From contig OZ245359.1 in assembly GCA_965226385.1 (NCBI GenBank), forward strand, positions 905,116 through 969,115: a stretch of DNA of 64,000 bases. Direction: 5' to 3'. The notes below the pieces were generated by a model, which saw nothing but the letters and a program-made list of their open reading frames with translations, was not told where the DNA came from and did not search any database. This DNA comes from Bryobacterales bacterium (GTDB lineage: Bacteria; Acidobacteriota; Terriglobia; Bryobacterales; UBA6623). Position numbers and translations under genes: made by a program. Shown here piece after piece: positions 1 through 8,126 of the stretch; the first letter of the stretch is position 1, and each line of letters opens with the position of its first letter.

Positions 1-1153
1 CAAGAAGTTCCCTCTGGCCGATCTGCTACGGCAGTCGATTTACACCCGCCTCGCAGGCTACGAGGATCTCAACGACGCTGTTCGAGTGTCCGCTGACCCG
101 ACGTTTCGCTTGATCGGCTCAAAGAAGAACTGGGATCGCGGCGGGGCACTCACCTCGCGACGGCAAAGTTTCGAGGCTGAGCTGCTGGCCAGTGAAGAGA
201 ACCTGCTGGGGCTGATGGCGGTGAATCGCGAGTTGGTCGCTCAGGCCGAAGCGCAGGACGAGTCCGAGCGCGTCGTGCTGGACATGGACTCGACCGAAAG
301 CCCGGTCCACGGCCAACAAGAGGGCAGTGCCTACAACGGACATTTCGAGTCGGTCTGTTATCACCCCTTGCTACTGTTCAACCAGCACGGCGATTGTCTT
401 GCTGCGAAGTTGCGCCCCGGCAACGTGTCCAGCGCCGAGGACTGGGGCGAGCTCCTACTGCCGGAGATCGAGCGCCAACAGGCCGAGGGCAAACGAGTGA
501 CGTTCCGGGCTGACGCCGCCTTCGCCAAGCCGGAGCTTTACGAGGCCCTCGAAGAGCGTGATGCGGACTACGTGATCCGCATCCCGGCCAACAAGAACCT
601 AGAGTTGGAGATCGAAGATATCCTGTTCCGTCCGCTGGGCAGGCCGAGCACAAAGCCCCTGGTGCGCTACAAGAGCTTCCGGTATCAAGCCGCGAGTTGG
701 TCGAAGTCCCGTCGGGTTGTCGCCAAAGTCGAGCATCATCTCGGTGAGCTGTTTCCGCGCGTCGGATTCATCGTGACAAACATGAGCTTGCCAAGCCGGT
801 CGGTGGTGCGCTTCTACAACAAGCGCGGCACGGCGGAACAGTGGATCAAGGAAGGCAAACAGGCGACCAACTGGACACGGCTGTCCTGCCACTGTTTTCG
901 AGCCAATGAAGTACGTCTACAACTCAGCGTGCTGGCCTATAACCTCGGCAACCTGTGGCGGCGACTCGGACTGCCGCACAGGATCAAGAGCTGGTCGCTG
1001 ACGAGTCTGCAGCACCGGCTGATGAAGACCGGCGGACGGTTGGTCAGGCACGCGCGGTATTACTGGCTCTTATTGGCCGAAGGACATCTGAGCCGGAAGC
1101 TGTTCGGCGACATGCTGCGGCGGATTTGGGCGTTACCTGTGCCGGGAGGGTGA
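1..1153 (+). CDS. IS1380-family DDE transposase, 5' end outside the window
   Basis: The frame of ORF 86..1153 stays open back to base 2 (KKFPLADLLRQSIYTRLAGYEDLNDAVRVSADPTF...). The blocks LAGYED-ND, YNGHF..YHPL, RADAAFA and NKRGTAEQWIKEGK match my recollection of IS1380 (DDE_Tnp_1_6) transposases. Stop TGA at 1151-1153. Confidence 0.8.
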   Translation, partial: KKFPLADLLRQSIYTRLAGYEDLNDAVRVSADPTFRLIGSKKNWDRGGALTSRRQSFEAELLASEENLLGLMAVNRELVAQAEAQDESERVVLDMDSTESPVHGQQEGSAYNGHFESVCYHPLLLFNQHGDCLAAKLRPGNVSSAEDWGELLLPEIERQQAEGKRVTFRADAAFAKPELYEALEERDADYVIRIPANKNLELEIEDILFRPLGRPSTKPLVRYKSFRYQAASWSKSRRVVAKVEHHLGELFPRVGFIVTNMSLPSRSVVRFYNKRGTAEQWIKEGKQATNWTRLSCHCFRANEVRLQLSVLAYNLGNLWRRLGLPHRIKSWSLTSLQHRLMKTGGRLVRHARYYWLLLAEGHLSRKLFGDMLRRIWALPVPGG

Positions 1154-1330
1154 TGTCGACGGCCCGAACAGCCAGCGTAAGCGGGTCGCCGAGGTCAGCG
1201 CGGGAGAGGTGTTGCCCAAAAGCCCTCTGCGGTCGCCGGAACGGTACGATCGGGCCGATTCGAAGGCTGCAGCGGCAGCGAAAGCAGTACCTGAACGTGG
1301 CCGCAGTGCAAAAACCGGTGCATAGAGGCC

Positions 1331-1864
1331 GTGGATCGGCTATCCTGTTCGTGCCGGGGTGGCCAAAATGGAAATTCTGGTGCGAAGGCCGTGCGCGTTT
1401 TCCCTGAAAGCAAAGGGGCCAGCGTGAGTTGCAGGGTTCTTCCGAAACAGAACGACACCGGTGTCCTGGAGATTGAACTTCAAGATCGTTACGGCAATCG
1501 TCCGGTTCGGATAGTGTTTACGGATGACGGTCAGATCAAGGCTATGAACGGAGGCAATTTGGTGAATCTGCAACCTTACAAAGCGCAAACCTGGTACGAC
1601 CTGGACATAAACGTCAAAACCAAAGATGCCGCCAACAGCAGCTTCAGCGTCGAGGTCAACGGTAATCCAGTTCTGAGGGGAGCGGCTTTCGCTGGAGCGG
1701 TCGAGTCGGTTGAGCGGCTCTCCTTGCGAACCGGCCCATTCCGGACGGACCCGACCCGACGGTTGGATCGATACGACAAGAGGCTGAAGGACTTGCCGAA
1801 CGCCGATGACCCCGTCGCCTTGGCGGTGTACCATGTCGACGATGTGGTCGCCACGCCGCGTTAG
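1331..1864 (+). pseudogene. Probable 3' remainder of a beta-rich hypothetical gene cut by the IS1380 element
   Basis: The ORF has protein-like composition (VLEIELQDRYGNRPVRIVFTDDGQIK...VEVNGNPVL) but no convincing start or signal peptide. It begins within about 250 nt of the transposase stop. GC-rich antisense ORFs overlap it, so coding status is uncertain. Confidence 0.35.
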
Positions 1865-1991
1865 ATCTTCGCAGGCCTGGACGTCCGACCCCAAAGGCCT
1901 CCTGGTGCCAGCTCGAACGGCAGTGGCGGCCGCTCATCGCCGGTGCCTCCATCCGCAGCAACTCATCGTTCGGGCGACTCTATCAATTATT

Positions 1992-2021
1992 GAAATGCCA
2001 TTGCAAAAAATGGCGAATTTC
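1992..2021. promoter_or_regulatory. Imperfect palindrome (candidate operator or weak hairpin) just upstream of the -35 box
   Basis: GCCATT (1997-2002) pairs with AATGGC (2009-2014). Outer arms GAAAT/ATTTC flank them. The site lies in an AT-rich patch of a GC-rich block. Confidence 0.25.
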
Positions 2022-2023
2022 TG

Positions 2024-2052
2024 TTGACATTCCATCTAGTCCCGATTATGAT
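2024..2052 (+). promoter_or_regulatory. Sigma70-like promoter for the TonB-dependent receptor gene
   Basis: TTGACA (2024-2029), a 17-nt spacer, then TATGAT (2047-2052), about 130 nt upstream of ATG 2184. Confidence 0.4.
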
Positions 2053-2183
2053 GCCATTGAGTAGGTTGTCACTCTCACAGGGGACGCCCATGGCCAAGAC
2101 TGTTTCAGGTTTGTCACGGGGTGTTGAAGGGGACGGCGATCAGTTGCTCAGGAGTTGAGATTTTCTGCAGGAGGTTAGCGACT

Positions 2184-5100
2184 ATGTCAAAGATAAAAGG
2201 GATTTCTGTCTTCCTGGCGATGTTGTTTTTGACAGCACCGCTACTGGCCCAAATCAACCGTGGCGCGATTCGAGGCAGCGTTACCGATCCGACCGGCGCC
2301 GCCGTGCCTGCCGTGGAAGTGCAGGCGCGCAACGTCGGCACCTCGATTAGTACCACGACAACAACCTCGGCTGAAGGCGACTTCAGCCTACGGAGCTTAT
2401 CGCCCGGCGTTTACGAATTGAGCGTTGCAGCGCCGGGATTCAAGACGGCTGTCGTAGACGGTGTGGATGTCCGGGTCGGCGAGACGATTCGGGTGAATAT
2501 TCCTCTGGAGCTCGGCGAAATTACCGAGACCATCGAAGTGCAGGGAGCCGCACTTGGGGTGCGGACCGAAACGGCGGAGGCGAGTACGGTGGTCACCTCG
2601 GAGGAGTACGACCATCTGCCCCTGGCGGCTATTTCCCGCATTCGCGTGCCCACCGACTTTGCGTTGTTCACTCCCGGGGTGCTGGGTAGCCAGCAGAGGC
2701 CTGGCGAGTCGCACAACGCCACCACCAGACTGTCAATCGACGGTTCGAAGAATGCCACGACCGACGTGCTAGTGGACGGCATGTCGGCCGGCCAATTTCA
2801 GAATTTCGGCTCCTTCACCGAGCAGTCCACGCCGGTAGATGGCATTTCCGAGTTCAACGTTATCAAAGGAGCGATCTCGGCCGAATACGGTCATATCCAG
2901 ACGGGGCTGATCAGCTTTAACCTCAAGTCCGGAACGAACGAGTTTCATGGGAGCCTGTTTGAGAGCTTCCGGAACACCCATTTGAACGCGCGGTCGTTCT
3001 TCGAAGGCGAGAAACTGGCGTTCCATCAGAACAACTTCGGCGCTACCGTGAGTGGTCCCGTTATCAAGGACCGCACGTTCTTCATGGTTTCCCTGGATGT
3101 CTCCTATTTCCGGGGTGCTTCGCAGATCAGGGTCTATGATTCGCCGACGGTGGAGTTCCTGAAAGGAGATTTCTCAGCTTTGAAGACGTCTAGGGGGGAG
3201 CCCCGGCTGATTTACGATCCAGCCACGAACGAGCCCGACGGCAAGGGTGGGGTCATACGGCAGCCGTTCCTGAACAACGTAATCCCCGCTAGCCACATGA
3301 GTCCGATTACGCGCCAGGTGGCCGACCTATACCCAGCGCCCAATCGGCCGGGCATCGATAACAACTTCGTCGGACGGGGCGGTGCAGCCGATTTGAACAA
3401 TTACTACTATGTCAACAAGTTCGACCATCGGTTCAACAATAAGCACAGCCTCTCGGTTTCGTACAACTGGACCTTCGTGCCGCGCGACACCTATAACAAT
3501 CCTTACGAAGGCACCGTGTTGCTGAATGGCCTGGTGCAAAATTTCAAGAGCCGGAACTTCCGAATCACGTACGACTATGTGATCAGTCCGACCATGTTGA
3601 ACCACTGGCAAGTCGGTTACAACCGGTTTCTGAACCCGGTGCGCACCTACAGCCATCAATTCACCCCCGACGTGAACTGGGTGGAGAAGCTGGGCGTGAA
3701 GGGAGTGAGCAATGGGGATGGCAGCCTGCCGGTTTTCAGGTTCAGTTCGGACGGTTATCCCCAGGCGGCAAGCCCGCGTTGGGACGCCGATGTTCAAGAC
3801 AACATCATGATGAGCAACACGACAAGTATGTTCCGCGGCCGCCACAACCTGAAGTTTGGATTTGAGGCGCGGCTGCAGGAGCATAACACGCGCAGGCAGC
3901 GCAACCAGAACGGCACGTTCCGATTCAGCTTCAAGGAGACCGCGCTCCAGGCCAGCACCACGACCGGCAACTCGTTCGCCAGCTTCCTGCTGGGATATGT
4001 GGATGAGGCCTCCGTTGATTCGCCGTTGAATGTCGGCTCCGTGAGGCCCTATTACGCCGGGTTTGTTCAGGACGATTTCAAGGTTTCCTCCCGACTTACG
4101 TTAAACCTGGGGCTGCGTTATGATCTGGAACTCCCGCCTTACGAACTGGTCGACCGCGCCTCGGTCTTTGATCTGAACACTCCCAATCCGGGGGCCGGCG
4201 GGTTGCCGGGCGCCATGGTTTTCCTGGGCGAGGGATCGGATCGCATCGGCAGCCGTACTTACGAGGACACGTATTACCGCAATTTCGCGCCTCGCTTGGG
4301 GTTGGCCTATCAATTTAATCCCCAGACAGTGATCCGCGCCAGCTACGGGATCATGTACTCCGTCACCCGGCTGCTGAATTCGTTTCTCGGATTCGGCGGG
4401 ACGCAGAGCTTCGAAAGCCTCAACAACGGGGACACGCCCGCCTTCCGGATTGAAGAGGGCATGCCGACCGATTTTCCCAAGCCGCCCTTCATCGATCCCA
4501 CGGTGGGGAACAACAACAACGTTACGACGAGAGTGAAAAGCGAAGCGTCACGCATGCCGCGGACGCAGAGCTGGCGTTTCGACGTTCAGCGGGAGCTGGG
4601 GCGCGGGGTGGTCGCGGAGGCGGCCTACGTTGGCACGCACGCTGTGCATCTCAATGACAGCAGCTTGCGGAATTTCAACCAGGTGGACGCCAGGCATCTT
4701 GCACTGGGCTCATTGCTGAGAGCCAACATCCATTCTGAACTCGCTCGCGAAGCAGGCATCGCGGTTCCGTATGAAGGGTTCAATGGCAGCGTGGCACAAG
4801 CGCTGCGGCCTTATCCCCAGGTGCGCACCATCACTTCGACCGAAGATAAGCTGGGCTCGTCCATTTACCATGCTTTTGAGGCCAAAGTGCAGAAGCGGTT
4901 TTCAAACGGCTTGCAGTATCTGTTCAGCTATACGAATTCGAAGCTCATCACGGACGTCAACGATAACTTGGGAGGGCTAACCAGTTCGGCCTTGCAGGAT
5001 AACGCCAACCGGCGGGCCGAGCGCGCCGTCGGGGCCTCTGACACACCGCAGAATTTCTGGATCAGCACGATCTACGAACTGCCGTACGGCCGAGGCGGGC

Positions 5101-5591
5101 AGCAGGGGGTGTTGCAAAACATTCTCGGCGGCTGGGCAGTCTCGGCCATCATCAACTACCAGAGCGGGATTCCATTGCGGATCACCCAGTCCAGGCGCCT
5201 GCCGACTTTCAACGCTGCCCAGCGGCCAGACCGCGAAGTCGGTGTGCCGGCCCGCGACCCAGGCCTCAGCTACGGATCTTACGATCCAGCCGTGGAACGC
5301 GTGTACAACCCGGAGGCCTTTACGCAAGCTGGAACCTACGCCTTTGGCAACGCTGCCCCGCGGTTGAGTGACGCCCGTGGATTCGGCTGGCGGAGGGAAG
5401 ACCTCAGTTTGACCAAGACTATGAACTTTCAGGAGCGATTTTCCCTGGAACTGACGGGCCAGATCTTCAACCTCTTGAACCGAAACCAGTGGGGCAGAAT
5501 CAACGACAATGTGAGCTCTTCCGGATTCGGCAAAGTAACGCGGGCCGGTCCGGGCCGGTTCGCGCAATTTGGTTTGAAGCTTCGTTTTTAG
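2184..5591 (+). CDS. TonB-dependent outer-membrane receptor with an N-terminal carboxypeptidase-regulatory-like domain
   Basis: ATG 2184 is preceded by AGGAGG (2169-2174). Signal peptide MSKIKGISVFLAMLFLTAPLLAQ. CarboxypepD_reg-like segment GSVTDPTGAAVPAVEVQARNVGT...GVYELSVAAPGFK. Long beta-barrel ending ...FGLKLRF with a terminal aromatic residue. The architecture is typical of Acidobacteria. Confidence 0.85.
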   Translation: MSKIKGISVFLAMLFLTAPLLAQINRGAIRGSVTDPTGAAVPAVEVQARNVGTSISTTTTTSAEGDFSLRSLSPGVYELSVAAPGFKTAVVDGVDVRVGETIRVNIPLELGEITETIEVQGAALGVRTETAEASTVVTSEEYDHLPLAAISRIRVPTDFALFTPGVLGSQQRPGESHNATTRLSIDGSKNATTDVLVDGMSAGQFQNFGSFTEQSTPVDGISEFNVIKGAISAEYGHIQTGLISFNLKSGTNEFHGSLFESFRNTHLNARSFFEGEKLAFHQNNFGATVSGPVIKDRTFFMVSLDVSYFRGASQIRVYDSPTVEFLKGDFSALKTSRGEPRLIYDPATNEPDGKGGVIRQPFLNNVIPASHMSPITRQVADLYPAPNRPGIDNNFVGRGGAADLNNYYYVNKFDHRFNNKHSLSVSYNWTFVPRDTYNNPYEGTVLLNGLVQNFKSRNFRITYDYVISPTMLNHWQVGYNRFLNPVRTYSHQFTPDVNWVEKLGVKGVSNGDGSLPVFRFSSDGYPQAASPRWDADVQDNIMMSNTTSMFRGRHNLKFGFEARLQEHNTRRQRNQNGTFRFSFKETALQASTTTGNSFASFLLGYVDEASVDSPLNVGSVRPYYAGFVQDDFKVSSRLTLNLGLRYDLELPPYELVDRASVFDLNTPNPGAGGLPGAMVFLGEGSDRIGSRTYEDTYYRNFAPRLGLAYQFNPQTVIRASYGIMYSVTRLLNSFLGFGGTQSFESLNNGDTPAFRIEEGMPTDFPKPPFIDPTVGNNNNVTTRVKSEASRMPRTQSWRFDVQRELGRGVVAEAAYVGTHAVHLNDSSLRNFNQVDARHLALGSLLRANIHSELAREAGIAVPYEGFNGSVAQALRPYPQVRTITSTEDKLGSSIYHAFEAKVQKRFSNGLQYLFSYTNSKLITDVNDNLGGLTSSALQDNANRRAERAVGASDTPQNFWISTIYELPYGRGGQQGVLQNILGGWAVSAIINYQSGIPLRITQSRRLPTFNAAQRPDREVGVPARDPGLSYGSYDPAVERVYNPEAFTQAGTYAFGNAAPRLSDARGFGWRREDLSLTKTMNFQERFSLELTGQIFNLLNRNQWGRINDNVSSSGFGKVTRAGPGRFAQFGLKLRF

Positions 5592-5628
5592 ACAGTTGTT
5601 TCCGCCTCCAGAGCACGGCGGTGAGCTA

Positions 5629-5660
5629 CCGGAGCACACATAGTAAGTGTGCTCCGGTTT
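5629..5660 (+). terminator. Rho-independent terminator after the receptor gene
   Basis: Perfect 11-bp stem CCGGAGCACAC / GTGTGCTCCGG with a 7-nt loop, followed by TTT. Confidence 0.6.
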
Positions 5661-5725
5661 CACTGTGAGAAGAATACGATCATCCTTTTGTCGAGGTCCA
5701 ATCTATAAGAACCAGGGAGGCCACA

Positions 5726-6880
5726 ATGTCTAGTTTTCTCAACCGGCGCCAGTTTTTGCGGGCCAGATGCAGGGTGCTGCCAATGGCCGTGGCTTTTATC
5801 GGCCTCGCGACGATCGTGTCGACCGGTGTGGCCCTGGTAGGCGGCATGGCCTCTGCCGAAGACGTGGTCGTCTACAAGGAAGCAGGGCGCTTCGGAGGCT
5901 GGCCGGCGAATCACGGGATTTGGTCTTGGGGCAACGAGATTGTGGTCGGTCATCGCTCGGCGCATTTTGAGGTTGTCCCAAGGGGACATGCCGTGGATCG
6001 CGACAAACCGCAAGAAGATTGGCAGTCGCGCAGTCTGGACGGGGGCAGGACGTGGCGTGTGGAGAAACCCCCCGCACTGGTACGCCCGGAACATGGCGGG
6101 CCGCAACCAGTCGACTTTCCGGGAGGGATTGACTTCACGCACCCGGATTTTGCTCTGATGTTTCGGTACTCGGGTGGTGGCCCGGCGTCCCGGTTTTATG
6201 TTTCCACCGACCGTTGCAAGACGTGGAAAGGCCCGTATAAGCTTCCGCTTTTCGGCCAGCCGCGAATCATGGCAAGGACTGATTATCTTATCAACAGCAA
6301 GCACGATTTGATGATCTTCCTAACGGCGGCGAAAAAGAACGGGCGAGAAGGCCACGTCTTCTGCGCTCGCACGAGGGACGGTGGCAAGAGTTGGCAGTTT
6401 GTCTCTTGGCTCGGTCCCGAGCCGGATGGCTACTCCATCATGCCTTCCACCGTGCGGCTCTCGCCAACCGAGTTGCTCACCACGATCCGGCGCAAGGAAG
6501 GGCCTCAGCACTGGATCGAGGCGTACATCACCGACGATGGCGGCAAGCATTGGCGCTGGTTGAACAAGCCGGCGCCCTCCACGGGCGGCTCGTCCGGCAA
6601 TCCGCCCAGCATGATCAAGCTCCAGGATGGCCGTCTGGCGATCACCTACGGTTATCGCTCGGACCCTTACGGCATCCGCGCGCGGCTGAGCAGCGACGAA
6701 GGACAGACCTGGGGAGAGGAGGTCATCTTACGCGACGACGGGGGCTGCTGGGATTTGGGCTACCCGCGCACCGTGCAGCGTCCAGACGGCAAGCTGGTGA
6801 CGGTCTACTATTTCAACGACGATCCGAACGAAGAGCGCTACATCGGGGCCACGATTTGGGATCCAGGAAAGAGAGATTAG
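5726..6880 (+). CDS. BNR/Asp-box repeat (sialidase-like) exported glycosidase-fold protein
   Basis: Tat-like signal MSSFLNRRQFLRA. Repeated SxDxGxTW boxes (SLDGGRTW, STDRCKTW, TRDGGKSW, TDDGGKHW, SSDEGQTW). Confidence 0.8.
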   Translation: MSSFLNRRQFLRARCRVLPMAVAFIGLATIVSTGVALVGGMASAEDVVVYKEAGRFGGWPANHGIWSWGNEIVVGHRSAHFEVVPRGHAVDRDKPQEDWQSRSLDGGRTWRVEKPPALVRPEHGGPQPVDFPGGIDFTHPDFALMFRYSGGGPASRFYVSTDRCKTWKGPYKLPLFGQPRIMARTDYLINSKHDLMIFLTAAKKNGREGHVFCARTRDGGKSWQFVSWLGPEPDGYSIMPSTVRLSPTELLTTIRRKEGPQHWIEAYITDDGGKHWRWLNKPAPSTGGSSGNPPSMIKLQDGRLAITYGYRSDPYGIRARLSSDEGQTWGEEVILRDDGGCWDLGYPRTVQRPDGKLVTVYYFNDDPNEERYIGATIWDPGKRD

Positions 6881-6884
6881 TGCC

Positions 6885-8126
6885 ATGACGCAGATCCATC
6901 GACGGCTGGGCCTGCTGCTGGCGATAACGGCGGGCTGCTGCTTCGCCCAACAGCCCTCTGTCGTCAAGCACGTGACGGTCTACAAAGAACCTGGACGGTT
7001 CGGCGGCTGGCCGGCGAACCACGGCATCTGGTCGTGGGGCGATGAGATCGTCGTGGGCTTTAGCCAAGCTTACTTCAAGAAGGTCGAAACCGGTCACGCG
7101 ATCGACCGCTCGAAGCCCTCGGTGCCGAGATTTGCGCGAAGCCTCGACGGGGGCGAAACGTGGAAGATCGAAGTTCCTTCGTTCCTGGACGCCAACGACA
7201 AGGAAAAAGAGCCGACCGACCCACCCGGCGGCATCGATTTCACGCATCCCGACTTTGCGATGACGCTGCGCATGGTGTCCAGCCGTGAAGGCTATTCCCG
7301 GTTCTACTACTCCACCGACAGCTGCCACACGTGGAAAGGACCTTATGAGCTGCCGACCTACGGGCGCAAGGTGATCTCGGCACGGACCGACTACATCGTC
7401 AATGGCGAGCACGATCTGATGGCGTTCATCACGTCGGGGAAGGAAAACGGGCGTGAGGGGCGGGTGTTCGTGACGCGAACCACCGACGGGGGAAAGACCT
7501 GGCCGTTTGTGGCCTGGATCGGCCCGGAGCCGCCCGGATTCTCGATCATGCCTTCGTCGGTGCGCTTGTCACCTTCCAAGATCCTCACGACCTTGCGTCA
7601 AAAAGAGGACGACAAGCACTGGATTGACGCCTATCTGAGCGAGGATGACGGCAAAAGCTGGCGGTATCTGAACCGTCCCGCGGAGTCGACCGGTGGTTTC
7701 GTCGGCAATCCGCCGAGCATGATCATGCTCAAGGATGGGCGGCTGGCGATGACATACGGCTATCGCTCGCCGCCATACGAAATACGCGCCCGGTTGAGTA
7801 GTGACAACGGGAAAACCTGGGGCAACGAGATCATCCTGCGGACCAAAGCCGGCTGCGAGGATCTAGGCTATCCGCGCACCGTGCAGCGGACCGACGGAAA
7901 AATCGTGACGCTATACTACATCAGCGACGAGCGTTACGCGGAGCGCTTTATCGAGGCGGTCATCTGGGATCCGGGAACAGGGAAAGGGCTCGGTTTCCAG
8001 GCGGATACCTCGGGGCTGCGAGTTGCTGCTGAGCTTCGGCGGCGCCGCGCCCGTGGGACACCTTCGAGCCCGTTCTATATGACCGTACCCCCACTTATCT
8101 TGTTTCGAACACCAGGAATCCAATGA
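6885..8126 (+). CDS. BNR/Asp-box repeat protein, tandem paralog of 5726..6880
   Basis: Collinear with the upstream gene at roughly two-thirds identity by eye. Asp-boxes SLDGGETW, STDSCHTW, TTDGGKTW, EDDGKSW, SSDNGKTW. It carries an extra C-terminal tail of about 50 aa that the paralog lacks. Confidence 0.8.
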   Translation: MTQIHRRLGLLLAITAGCCFAQQPSVVKHVTVYKEPGRFGGWPANHGIWSWGDEIVVGFSQAYFKKVETGHAIDRSKPSVPRFARSLDGGETWKIEVPSFLDANDKEKEPTDPPGGIDFTHPDFAMTLRMVSSREGYSRFYYSTDSCHTWKGPYELPTYGRKVISARTDYIVNGEHDLMAFITSGKENGREGRVFVTRTTDGGKTWPFVAWIGPEPPGFSIMPSSVRLSPSKILTTLRQKEDDKHWIDAYLSEDDGKSWRYLNRPAESTGGFVGNPPSMIMLKDGRLAMTYGYRSPPYEIRARLSSDNGKTWGNEIILRTKAGCEDLGYPRTVQRTDGKIVTLYYISDERYAERFIEAVIWDPGTGKGLGFQADTSGLRVAAELRRRRARGTPSSPFYMTVPPLILFRTPGIQ

